Made by a program: the position numbers and the translations under genes. Positions 17,850-25,650 of a DNA stretch of 55,971 bases are shown here, in pieces (within the stretch, counting starts at the first letter, position 1; every line of letters starts with the position of its first letter). Source of the stretch: Oscillospiraceae bacterium (lineage in GTDB: Bacteria > Bacillota > Clostridia > Oscillospirales > CAG-272); assembly GCA_015063855.1 (NCBI GenBank), contig SVTI01000002.1, positions 1 to 55,971 of the forward strand, written 5' to 3'. A model generated the notes under the pieces. It had not been told where the DNA came from. It made no database searches and saw only the letters and a list, made by a program, of their open reading frames with translations.

Positions 17850-19133
17850 TTAGATGTTCTTTGCGTTTTCGAGAACGTACTTCTCAGCCTCGAGACACCA
17901 GAGACCGTTGTTAGCGGAAACGATAGCGTCAAGGTCTGCATAGAACTTATCGGTCTTACCAAGCTCAGCGAAGTCAGCGATTGCAACCATGGGCATATCC
18001 TTGTTGGTGTAAACGAGCTTCTTACCGCCGGGGATCTTGGGAAGGTTCATTGTGGTGTCGATAACGGAGTTAAGACCGCCAACGTGTGTGATCATAGCAG
18101 CGGGATTGAGCTTGCCTGTCTCCATCATGGTGATAGACTCGATCATGTCAGCAGTGTTACCGCCGGAGGTACCGCAGATGTGAGTTGCAGAGTAGTGAAC
18201 GTTGTAGAAGTTGAACATTGCGGAGAAGTCGGTCTTTGTAGGACCTGCGAAGAAGTTGAGACAGCCGTCACGGGCTAAGAGTCTGTCACCCATTTCAACA
18301 ACAGGCTTAACGGGAGCGTATACGAATACATCGTTGTAGCCCTTGCCGTCGGTGAGGCTCATGAGGTATGCATCGGGATCTTCATATTCGCTTGTGTTTA
18401 CATAGAGAAGCTTAACGCCGTTCTTTGCAGCTTCCTCGGGAGAGAGGATCTGAGCAGCTCTTGCAAGTCTTGCGGTGTCGAGGTCTGTTACAACAACGAG
18501 AGCGGGCTTTCTGTCGCAGTGGATAGCGTAGTCGATAGCACCGAGACCCATAGGACCTGCGCCTGCGAGGATTGCACAGTTACCGCCTTCAACGATACCC
18601 ATATCGTGAACGTAGCTGCCTGCGGTGGTGTGGTAGTTAGCATGGTAACCGCCAACGATACAGCTCATAGGCTCTGCGAGAGAACCGTAGAAGAATGCAT
18701 CACCCTTGTAGCTGAGAAGACAGCCTGTCTCCATAACCTCGTGAGGGATGATAACGTAGGTAGCGTCACCGCCGATATACTGATAGGAGTAACCGGGAGC
18801 TGCAAGGCTTCCCTTGTAGTTCATTGCAGGCTGGATAGCGAACTTGTCGCCGGGCTTGAACTGGTCAGCCCACTTTGCACCAACCTCAACGATCTCACCG
18901 CAGAACTCATGACCGATGATAACAGGATTCTCTGCAACATCGTCGGGAACTCTCTTATGGTTGGGACCCTGGATAGCAGCCTTGTGGGAGGACATACAAA
19001 TACTGTCGGAGATTACATGAGCGAGTATTTCATCGTCCTTAATTGCGGGGAGCTCGAACTCCTCAAGTCTTAAATCATTTGTGCCGTAAATACGAACCGC
19101 TTTGGTCTTCATATTCTCGTACCTTTCGCCCAA
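17850..19133 (-). CDS. zinc-dependent medium-chain alcohol/polyol(-phosphate) dehydrogenase
   Basis: GHEFCGEIVEVG zinc motif and GAGPMGLGAIDY Rossmann motif. The start is either TTG 19133 (AAGGAAG RBS) or ATG 19112 (MKTKAV). Confidence 0.8.
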   Translation of the reverse strand: MGERYENMKTKAVRIYGTNDLRLEEFELPAIKDDEILAHVISDSICMSSHKAAIQGPNHKRVPDDVAENPVIIGHEFCGEIVEVGAKWADQFKPGDKFAIQPAMNYKGSLAAPGYSYQYIGGDATYVIIPHEVMETGCLLSYKGDAFFYGSLAEPMSCIVGGYHANYHTTAGSYVHDMGIVEGGNCAILAGAGPMGLGAIDYAIHCDRKPALVVVTDLDTARLARAAQILSPEEAAKNGVKLLYVNTSEYEDPDAYLMSLTDGKGYNDVFVYAPVKPVVEMGDRLLARDGCLNFFAGPTKTDFSAMFNFYNVHYSATHICGTSGGNTADMIESITMMETGKLNPAAMITHVGGLNSVIDTTMNLPKIPGGKKLVYTNKDMPMVAIADFAELGKTDKFYADLDAIVSANNGLWCLEAEKYVLENAKNI

Positions 19134-19191
19134 TCGGGCTTCCTTTCTGATTTGGATATATATATATTATTATTTATAAACATACATATTT

Positions 19192-19220
19192 ATTTTATCA
19201 TTATTATATTTAAGTGTCAA
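19192..19220 (-). promoter_or_regulatory. sigma-70-type promoter candidate for the dehydrogenase/aldolase cluster
   Basis: On the minus strand: TTGACA, a 17-nt spacer, then TGaTAAAAT, in an AT-rich 180-bp intergenic region. Confidence 0.5.
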
Positions 19221-19284
19221 TGGTAATAATCTGTTAATTGTTATTATTTTGTTATTTTTTAATGCATATTATTTAAATATTGAA

Positions 19285-19318
19285 AACAACCACCATTCTT
19301 AACAGAACGATGGTTGTT
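19285..19318 (-). terminator. terminator hairpin of the 19317..19547 gene
   Basis: AACAACCA(c)C / G(a)TGGTTGTT stem followed on the minus strand by TTTCAATATTT. It overlaps the stop codon. Confidence 0.5.
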
Positions 19319-19547
19319 AATCGATATTAAATATGTCATCGTAGGATATTTTTAATATCTCTTTAATTAAAATTATTTCATCCGGATATATGTGTCTTTG
19401 ACCAACTTCGATTTTTGCGAGTGCGCTTCTTGTAATATCGCAACCCATAGTTTGCATTTTTGATGAAAGCTGTTCTTGGGTTTTCCCGGAGGCTTCTCTT
19501 AATTTACGGATATTAGAGCCTATTTTATACTCGATTTTTCTATCCAT
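19317..19547 (-). CDS. XRE-family HTH regulator (76 aa)
   Basis: IRKLREASGKTQEQLSSKMQTMGCDITRSALAKIEVGQRHI, an HTH_3 signature. Confidence 0.8.
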   Translation of the reverse strand: MDRKIEYKIGSNIRKLREASGKTQEQLSSKMQTMGCDITRSALAKIEVGQRHIYPDEIILIKEILKISYDDIFNID

Positions 19548-19580
19548 AAAACATACACCTCCTTAAATTTACGATTTCTA

Positions 19581-19632
19581 TTGATTTTATTATAATATAA
19601 TGTTATAATAAAAATGCACCTGAATAAGTGCA
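19581..19632 (+). promoter_or_regulatory. promoter candidate plus a palindromic operator-like site in a divergent XRE intergenic region
   Basis: TTGATT (19581-19586), a 17-nt spacer, then TGtTATAAT (19604-19609). The inverted repeat TGCAC-N8-GTGCA lies at 19615-19632. Confidence 0.45.
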
Positions 19633-19656
19633 AATGCTCATTTTAAGGAGTTAATA

Positions 19657-19953
19657 ATGGATTTTACACAACAAATATTTTGTGATAATCTAAGATTTCT
19701 AAAAAAAACAGAAGGCTTGGATAATAGGGAAATGTCTGAAATTTTAGGAGTTTCGGAGTCGGTTATAGATTATTTTATTAATGGAATTCTTCCTTACGAT
19801 ACACCAATATCGGTGTTGTACAATATTCATTTGAATTTCGGGGTTCCGCCGGATGCTATGATAGGAGACAGCGAGGATATTATTAAATGTTATATTGAGC
19901 GTTTCAAAAACGAAATATCTTGCTTTAATGAACATATAATCCCCTCAGGATAG
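19657..19953 (+). CDS. XRE-like HTH protein (98 aa)
   Basis: LRFLKKTEGLDNREMSEILGVSESVIDYFINGILP HTH-like segment. AAGGAG RBS. Confidence 0.65.
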   Translation: MDFTQQIFCDNLRFLKKTEGLDNREMSEILGVSESVIDYFINGILPYDTPISVLYNIHLNFGVPPDAMIGDSEDIIKCYIERFKNEISCFNEHIIPSG

Positions 19954-19980
19954 TTTTGAAGCTGTTCTGAGGGGATTATA
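19935..19980. terminator. long hairpin between convergent genes
   Basis: TATAATCCCCTCAG / CTGAGGGGATTATA 14-bp stem with an 18-nt loop. Confidence 0.5.
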
Positions 19981-19994
19981 TTAATCATTTGTTG

Positions 19995-21071
19995 TTAATA
20001 AGCTACATGGTCATCGCTCTTTTCTCCTACATGGAGCAGAGCATCTGCCATTTTAACCCTTGATTCATAGTAAGGAATCTCAAGATTATCTATCATCTTT
20101 GTTAGGGTCTCTGTATCTCCAAAGAGAAGATCAAGGTTGTATTCGAAACGCTGAATATCACCGTTTTCGTCCTTCTGGTTTGTCGGATTCAGAACCTCTG
20201 CAAATTCATTTTTAGTGATTGATGTGTTAATGACAATATCAATTATAGATACTTCACACCATGGAATTTTTGTGCCGTTATCTGATATACGGTTATAGTA
20301 TTCTATAGTTTTTGCATCTGTTTTTGTTTTTAGTATATCAAACAATCGCTCTTTCAAGTCGCGTTCATTATAAAGCTTTGTTCTGTATATGTTGTATTCC
20401 GGATTACTTCTTGATTCACGGGATATTTTATCGAAACTTTCTGCATCTCTTGCCAAGAGGCTTTCCATATCCCAGTCGCAGTTGTAGAAATCATTTTGAT
20501 ATGCTTCTATTATTACTTCGTCGGGAATATTAAAGTGTTCAACACATTTTAGAATGTCACCCTCAGGATAACAACCGTTTTTATCGCGGACAAGCGCTGT
20601 AGGGTCTACCCACTTCCTGAATTCCTCCTGACCTATATAATTGGTTATTATGCTCGGAAATGCATGGTAATAGTATGTGTGGATCGGGCACAACACATCC
20701 CCGCCACCAATAGGATCAGGCTCTTCATTGTTTGTAGCCGGTACATCTGTTATTTCTTCTGTGATGTTAGGCTCTGTTATATTGTTTGCGGATTCGACTG
20801 CAGGTGCTTTGTTTTCCGTAACTGAGGCTTCTTCTGTTTCAATTATGCTTATGGGTGTGTGCGGAATTTCGGGATCTTTGTGTTGTGACGGCTTGATTAC
20901 AGAGAATGCCGTTAGCAGAGAAAGGGAAAGCATAGTGATAAGGGTAGCGGCAAGCAGAAGGTTTTTTATTCTGCTTTTTGCGGTATTGTGTGCTATACAT
21001 ACAGAATATATTTTTTCTTTGTCGGGAACAAGAGGAGTCAATGCCGAGGATAAAATTTCGTTATGTGTCAT
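19995..21071 (-). CDS. anti-sigma-like single-pass membrane protein with the shared ectodomain (copy 2)
   Basis: ATGA overlap with the sigma gene at 21068. TM helix LLLAATLITMLSLSLLTAFSVI. Motifs IGGGDVLCPIHTYYYHAFP, GCYP, FNIPDEVIIEAY and ADALLHVGEKSDDHVAY. Confidence 0.7.
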   Translation of the reverse strand: MTHNEILSSALTPLVPDKEKIYSVCIAHNTAKSRIKNLLLAATLITMLSLSLLTAFSVIKPSQHKDPEIPHTPISIIETEEASVTENKAPAVESANNITEPNITEEITDVPATNNEEPDPIGGGDVLCPIHTYYYHAFPSIITNYIGQEEFRKWVDPTALVRDKNGCYPEGDILKCVEHFNIPDEVIIEAYQNDFYNCDWDMESLLARDAESFDKISRESRSNPEYNIYRTKLYNERDLKERLFDILKTKTDAKTIEYYNRISDNGTKIPWCEVSIIDIVINTSITKNEFAEVLNPTNQKDENGDIQRFEYNLDLLFGDTETLTKMIDNLEIPYYESRVKMADALLHVGEKSDDHVAY

Positions 21072-21604
21072 TGTTCTTCACCTCTATAGAGATTTTTGAT
21101 TTCTTTTAACGTGCGGTATAGCTTGTTTTTAACATAGGACTCATTGACGCACAGAAGGAGTGCTATTCTTGGTATGGTGAGATTATATGAATAGTAGAGC
21201 AGGAAAATTTTTTGTACGATCAAGGGCTTAGACAGAACGAAGGCTCGTATGGAATCCAAGGCTTCCTTGGTACATATAGCATCCTCTATTATCAGATCAT
21301 CCGGGATAAAATTGATAATTTCCGCATCATTTTCATTAGAAGTATTCAAGGATATACCCTGTATTTTTTCTTTAAGGGAATAATGCTTGTATATTTTGCG
21401 ATTGCTTATCTTGATAACAAGGCGTTCAGGTGCTTGGACATAATCGATTCCCTTGCGTAATAAAGTTCTGTACAGCTCTGTATAGGTTTCTTGCAATATA
21501 TCTTCGATGTCATGAATGTTGGAGCACTTTGATGTTATATGTATAAGGGTGTTTTTGTAGGTCTTATCATAAATATCATTAAAATAATTTGTAATATCTG
21601 ACAT
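21068..21604 (-). CDS. sigma-70-family (ECF-like) sigma factor, copy 2 (paralog of 10489..11025)
   Basis: N-terminus MSDITNYFNDIYDKTYKN aligns with MTDREKIFNQIYDKTYRG. The region 4 motif ESYVKNKLYRT is shared. Confidence 0.8.
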   Translation of the reverse strand: MSDITNYFNDIYDKTYKNTLIHITSKCSNIHDIEDILQETYTELYRTLLRKGIDYVQAPERLVIKISNRKIYKHYSLKEKIQGISLNTSNENDAEIINFIPDDLIIEDAICTKEALDSIRAFVLSKPLIVQKIFLLYYSYNLTIPRIALLLCVNESYVKNKLYRTLKEIKNLYRGEEQ

Positions 21605-21623
21605 GATCTCACCGCCTTCGTTA

Positions 21624-21655
21624 TATAAAGTGCCCCAAAATATGAAAAAGTTTCA
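21624..21655 (-). promoter_or_regulatory. ECF-type promoter candidate (TGAAAC-N16-GCACTTTA) upstream of sigma copy 2
   Basis: The minus strand reads CTGAAACTTTTTCATATTTTGGGGCACTTTATATAACGAAGGCGGTGAGATCATG. It is collinear with 10437-10491. Confidence 0.5.
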
Positions 21656-21721
21656 GTATAAAATTAAAATTTGTCTATAAGTATATGATATATCCGATAT
21701 CTGCAATAATCAAGTGTTATT

Positions 21722-21756
21722 AAAAAAAAGCACCTGCAGGTGTTATCTGCAGGTGC
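21722..21756 (-). terminator. rho-independent terminator of the lipoprotein gene
   Basis: Perfect GCACCTGCAG / CTGCAGGTGC stem followed on the minus strand by an 8-nt T-run. Confidence 0.8.
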
Positions 21757-21769
21757 TTTGGGATTTCTA

Positions 21770-22708
21770 TTAATAAGCTACATGGTCATTGCTCTTTTCT
21801 CCTACATGGAGCAGAGCATCTGCCATTTTGACCCTTGATTCGTATTCGGGGATGTCGAGGTTATTAATTGTATTTGTCATAACGCTTGCATCTCCGAAGA
21901 GAAGATCAAGGTTGTATTCGAAGTAGGGGGTAACAAAATCTTCTCTGTTGTTAGACGTAGCATCTCCAAGTGCGTTTATAAAGTCGTCTTTGGTTAGCGA
22001 AGTGTTTGATATCATATCATATAACGTTATTTCAGAACAAGGAAAATAAGATCCGTTGTTGGTTATAGTATTATAATAATCAACGGTTTTTTTATCTGTT
22101 TTTGTTTTCATGAAATCAAATAATCGAAATTTTAATGATTGTTCTGATGATAATTTTGCAGAAGAATTGGTGGTAATGGAGTTTCTTGCATATCGTTCAA
22201 ATGCTTCGTGATCTCTTTCAAGCAGTGCCTTTATATCCCAGTCCCGATTATAATAATCATTCTGATATGCTTCGATTATTATTTCGTCGGGAACATCAAA
22301 ATATTCTATACAAAGAAGGATATTTCCGTTTGGCCAACAGCCTTCTTCATTGGTTGTAGAATGAGCTTCATTCGACCATTTACGAAAATGTTCTTCTCCT
22401 ATATAATCTTTGATTTCTTTAGGATAACAGTGGTATCCAAAGTTATGAACTTCACATATGCCCGTACCGCCTATTGGCTTAGGATCATTGTTAGTGTCAG
22501 TAGTACCGGGAGTGGGTATCACTTCTTCGGTAATATCAATTTCCGTTTCTGAATCGGGCAAATCGGTGTCTGCGATGTATGAAGTATCCGAACTTTCGGG
22601 TATGTTTACATATTCGTCAGTTTCTTTTTGTGAGCTTTCAGGCTTTGAACAGGATATAAAAGTCGTTAAAACTGAACAAACCAAAAATATTATCAAAGTA
22701 TTTTTCAT
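21770..22708 (-). CDS. lipoprotein consisting only of the shared ectodomain (copy 3, no sigma partner)
   Basis: Signal peptide with a lipobox (TTFISC). The domain is identical over about 180 aa to the ectodomain of 24407..25633. The AGGAGG RBS lies inside the last codons of the upstream M23 gene. Confidence 0.75.
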   Translation of the reverse strand: MKNTLIIFLVCSVLTTFISCSKPESSQKETDEYVNIPESSDTSYIADTDLPDSETEIDITEEVIPTPGTTDTNNDPKPIGGTGICEVHNFGYHCYPKEIKDYIGEEHFRKWSNEAHSTTNEEGCWPNGNILLCIEYFDVPDEIIIEAYQNDYYNRDWDIKALLERDHEAFERYARNSITTNSSAKLSSEQSLKFRLFDFMKTKTDKKTVDYYNTITNNGSYFPCSEITLYDMISNTSLTKDDFINALGDATSNNREDFVTPYFEYNLDLLFGDASVMTNTINNLDIPEYESRVKMADALLHVGEKSNDHVAY

Positions 22709-22710
22709 AA

Positions 22711-24150
22711 TTAACCTCCTACGGGATTTCCGTTGTAATCATAGTCGTGATATGGGGATTGGTATCTTATAAAAGCCAAAGGATCCATATATTCTCTGCT
22801 TGACAGACCATAATCGTCTGTGTTCGATATCGAGAAATGTAAATGATATCCATAGTTAGCGCCGGTATTTCCGACGGTTCCAATTCGCTGTTCTTGCTGC
22901 ACATCAACACCGACATTCACCAATATTGAATTTAAATGCTGATAAATCATAAAGTAGAATTTATCCTTACTATTGTCTTCAGGATCATCATGATAACACG
23001 TCTCTATTTGTATTAAATTCCCACAGGAGCCATATTCATCCGCCATTTTGACTTTTCCTGATGAAACACTATATACCGAAGTCCCTATTGTTCTTGCGAT
23101 ATCTATACCTTGATGATATTCAAGCTGGCTTGCGGTACCGTACCTCCAACCAAAATTTCGGCATTGATTCAAATAATTACGGGTGTTTGTCCATTCCGTC
23201 ATATTGTTGAATCCTGCAATCGGTAAGCTATACCCACCGCCGGTGCCAAGAGCCATTTCGATCGTATTAATGAAGTTGTTACGAGTAAGTGTAGTATTGG
23301 TCAGGCCTTGTCTGTAATTTATGGCAAAGGCATTAGCGGCAAATGCCAGATTGCTTGATGTAGACAAACAAGCTATACCGTAAGTGTTTGTTTTTATAGG
23401 CTGTTCGGGATATTTATCAGCCGGAGCATTTGTGTTTTCGAAATAAATATACACGGTCGCATTTGCAATAGGCGCTCCGCTTGTTGAACGTACATAGAAC
23501 AATATTTCATTTCCGGGGTACTTGTTTATAGCATACATTTTTGAAAGCATTGTTGCACCGCTTGATCTGTCAATGGTACCTGTCGGATCGAAGCTGCCAT
23601 TAGGTTTACCGGTGATTATTTCGGCCTTTGCCAAGGTCATTACAGCAGTCTGAGACCATGAGGCTATTGAAGACTGATCGGTAAAGCTAATATTGGGCTT
23701 GGTTACCGGTATCGTGGCATTGGTTACGTTTAACGCACGGTATACCAAGGTGGCGAATTCCTGACGCGTTATCACCGTGTCGGGACTGAAGAGACCGTTG
23801 CCGGTTCCGTTGGTTATGTTATTATCATATGCCCATTTAATGCTACCCGAGTAATCGGATGAATAGGGAACGTCGGAAAACGGGGTGTCTGCATATTTCG
23901 GAACATTGATGTCAAGCATTCTTCTTATTCCGTCAACCGCTATATCTCTTCTCAATCCGCCGTAAGGGTAAAAGAGGTTGGATTGAGAGTAAAATGCTCC
24001 GTGGTAATAACAAAAGCAAATACTGTCCTCTGCCCAAAAGTTTTCGGGCAGGTCGGTGAATCTGCTGTCTGCGCTTGAGCTGAAGGTCAATACCGCTGAG
24101 AATAAAGCGGTAAAAACAATAACTGCAAATAATATTTTAACTTTCTTCAT
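22711..24150 (-). CDS. secreted SLH-domain M23 (LytM-type) metallopeptidase
   Basis: Signal peptide. SLH repeats (FTDLPENFWAEDS..., FSDVPYSSDYSGSIKWAYDNNITNGTGNGLFSP...). M23 catalytic motifs HQGIDIA (HxxxD) and GYHLHFS (HxH). Confidence 0.85.
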   Translation of the reverse strand: MKKVKILFAVIVFTALFSAVLTFSSSADSRFTDLPENFWAEDSICFCYYHGAFYSQSNLFYPYGGLRRDIAVDGIRRMLDINVPKYADTPFSDVPYSSDYSGSIKWAYDNNITNGTGNGLFSPDTVITRQEFATLVYRALNVTNATIPVTKPNISFTDQSSIASWSQTAVMTLAKAEIITGKPNGSFDPTGTIDRSSGATMLSKMYAINKYPGNEILFYVRSTSGAPIANATVYIYFENTNAPADKYPEQPIKTNTYGIACLSTSSNLAFAANAFAINYRQGLTNTTLTRNNFINTIEMALGTGGGYSLPIAGFNNMTEWTNTRNYLNQCRNFGWRYGTASQLEYHQGIDIARTIGTSVYSVSSGKVKMADEYGSCGNLIQIETCYHDDPEDNSKDKFYFMIYQHLNSILVNVGVDVQQEQRIGTVGNTGANYGYHLHFSISNTDDYGLSSREYMDPLAFIRYQSPYHDYDYNGNPVGG

Positions 24151-24303
24151 TTTCTTCTCCTTTCGAGGTTGTTAAAGTTAATGGTTCTTAAACTTAACGG
24201 ATGAATATACTTCGGAAGGTTTATTGATTTGAAGCTGAAGCTCAAATCGATATTATATTTTCATAACGATTTCCCCCTTTAAAGAGGTTGAATTATTTAC
24301 CTC

Positions 24304-24345
24304 TTCATTACAGTAATGTCACCCAAAACACAAAATAGCAGGTTT
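24304..24345 (-). promoter_or_regulatory. conserved 43-nt motif upstream of the SLH-M23 gene, shared with the sigma copy 3 upstream region
   Basis: 36 of 43 nt are identical to 26231-26273 in the same orientation. It sits just downstream (minus sense) of terminator 24367-24397. Confidence 0.5.
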
Positions 24346-24366
24346 TATATGAAAAAAAAGTAAAAA

Positions 24367-24397
24367 AATCTCATCCCGATTTTTTTGGGATGAGATT
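24367..24397 (-). terminator. rho-independent terminator of the sigma/anti-sigma copy 3 operon
   Basis: AATCTCATCCC / GGGATGAGATT 11-bp stem followed on the minus strand by TTTTTTTAC. Confidence 0.75.
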
Positions 24398-24406
24398 TTA
24401 ATTTAC

Positions 24407-25633
24407 TTACTCCGCTATATGCAATAAGGCATCTGCCATTTTAACCCTTGATTCATAGTAAGGAATCTCAAGATTATCTATCATCTTTGTTAGGGTCTCT
24501 GTATCTCCAAAGAGAAGATCAAGGTTGTATTCGAAGTAGGGGGTAACAAAATCTTCTCTGTTGTTAGACGTAGCATCTCCAAGTGCGTTTATAAAGTCGT
24601 CTTTGGTTAGCGAAGTGTTTGATATCATATCATATAACGTTATTTCAGAACAAGGAAAATAAGATCCGTTGTTGGTTATAGTATTATAATAATCAACGGT
24701 TTTTTTATCTGTTTTTGTTTTCATGAAATCAAATAATCGAAATTTTAATGATTGTTCTGATGATAATTTTGCAGAAGAATTGGTGGTAATGGAGTTTCTT
24801 GCATATCGTTCAAATGCTTCGTGATCTCTTTCAAGCAGTGCCTTTATATCCCAGTCCCGATTATAATAATCATTCTGATATGCTTCGATTATTATTTCGT
24901 CGGGAACATCAAAATATTCTATACAAAGAAGGATATTTCCGTTTGGCCAACAGCCTTCTTCATTGGTTGTAGAATGAGCTTCATTCGACCATTTACGAAA
25001 ATGTTCTTCTCCTATATAATCTTTGATTTCTTTAGGATAACAGTGGTATCCGAAGTTATGAACCTCACAGATACCGGTTCCGCCTATTGGCTTAGGATCA
25101 TCATTGCTTGTAACCGGTACATCGGTTATTGGTTCTGTAATATACGGTTCTGTTATAATGTTTTCTTCTGTTATAATACTATCTGTTTCGTTATTTAATG
25201 TATTGGAGTCGGTACTTGGAGCGTCGGTATCGGGAGACGGTTCCTTTTTTGTAATATCAATTGGGTCTATCGGAATATCTGTATTTTTATCCGAGGTATT
25301 TAACACCGAAAGGGTAGATACCGTTAATGCACTCATCATTACAAGAACTGCGGCTATAAGTAATACACGTTTAAGGGTAATTGACTTTGATTTTTTATTA
25401 TTTATTATATTTCTTGCATTTTTCTCCGCCTCCTTATCAAGTGTGGTTATGTCTTCACCATTTAATATGAGAAGTGCTTCTACCGCTTCGTCTATAAGCT
25501 CGTAATTTCTGTATTCATAGGGGAGAGACTCTTCTTTACTTAATATCTCTTCTATCGCCTCGGTAAGCTCGGCATCGTTACCTACAGGCTTTTTTTCTTC
25601 ATATTCACTGAGCTTCTGCTCAAGTTCGCTCAT
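24407..25633 (-). CDS. anti-sigma-like single-pass membrane protein with the shared ectodomain (copy 4, mosaic)
   Basis: Acidic cytoplasmic N-terminus of about 90 aa, unrelated to copies 1 and 2. TM helix VLLIAAVLVMMSALTVSTLSVL. The ectodomain is identical to the lipoprotein 21770..22708. The C-terminal tail is identical to 19995..21071. Confidence 0.75.
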   Translation of the reverse strand: MSELEQKLSEYEEKKPVGNDAELTEAIEEILSKEESLPYEYRNYELIDEAVEALLILNGEDITTLDKEAEKNARNIINNKKSKSITLKRVLLIAAVLVMMSALTVSTLSVLNTSDKNTDIPIDPIDITKKEPSPDTDAPSTDSNTLNNETDSIITEENIITEPYITEPITDVPVTSNDDPKPIGGTGICEVHNFGYHCYPKEIKDYIGEEHFRKWSNEAHSTTNEEGCWPNGNILLCIEYFDVPDEIIIEAYQNDYYNRDWDIKALLERDHEAFERYARNSITTNSSAKLSSEQSLKFRLFDFMKTKTDKKTVDYYNTITNNGSYFPCSEITLYDMISNTSLTKDDFINALGDATSNNREDFVTPYFEYNLDLLFGDTETLTKMIDNLEIPYYESRVKMADALLHIAE

Positions 25634-25650
25634 TTTTGAATGCTCCTTAT

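Noticed and set aside
19301-19312. GAACGATGGTTG, resembling a LexA half-palindrome
   Set aside because: It lies inside the terminator stem of the XRE gene, has a degenerate right arm, and has no downstream promoter context.
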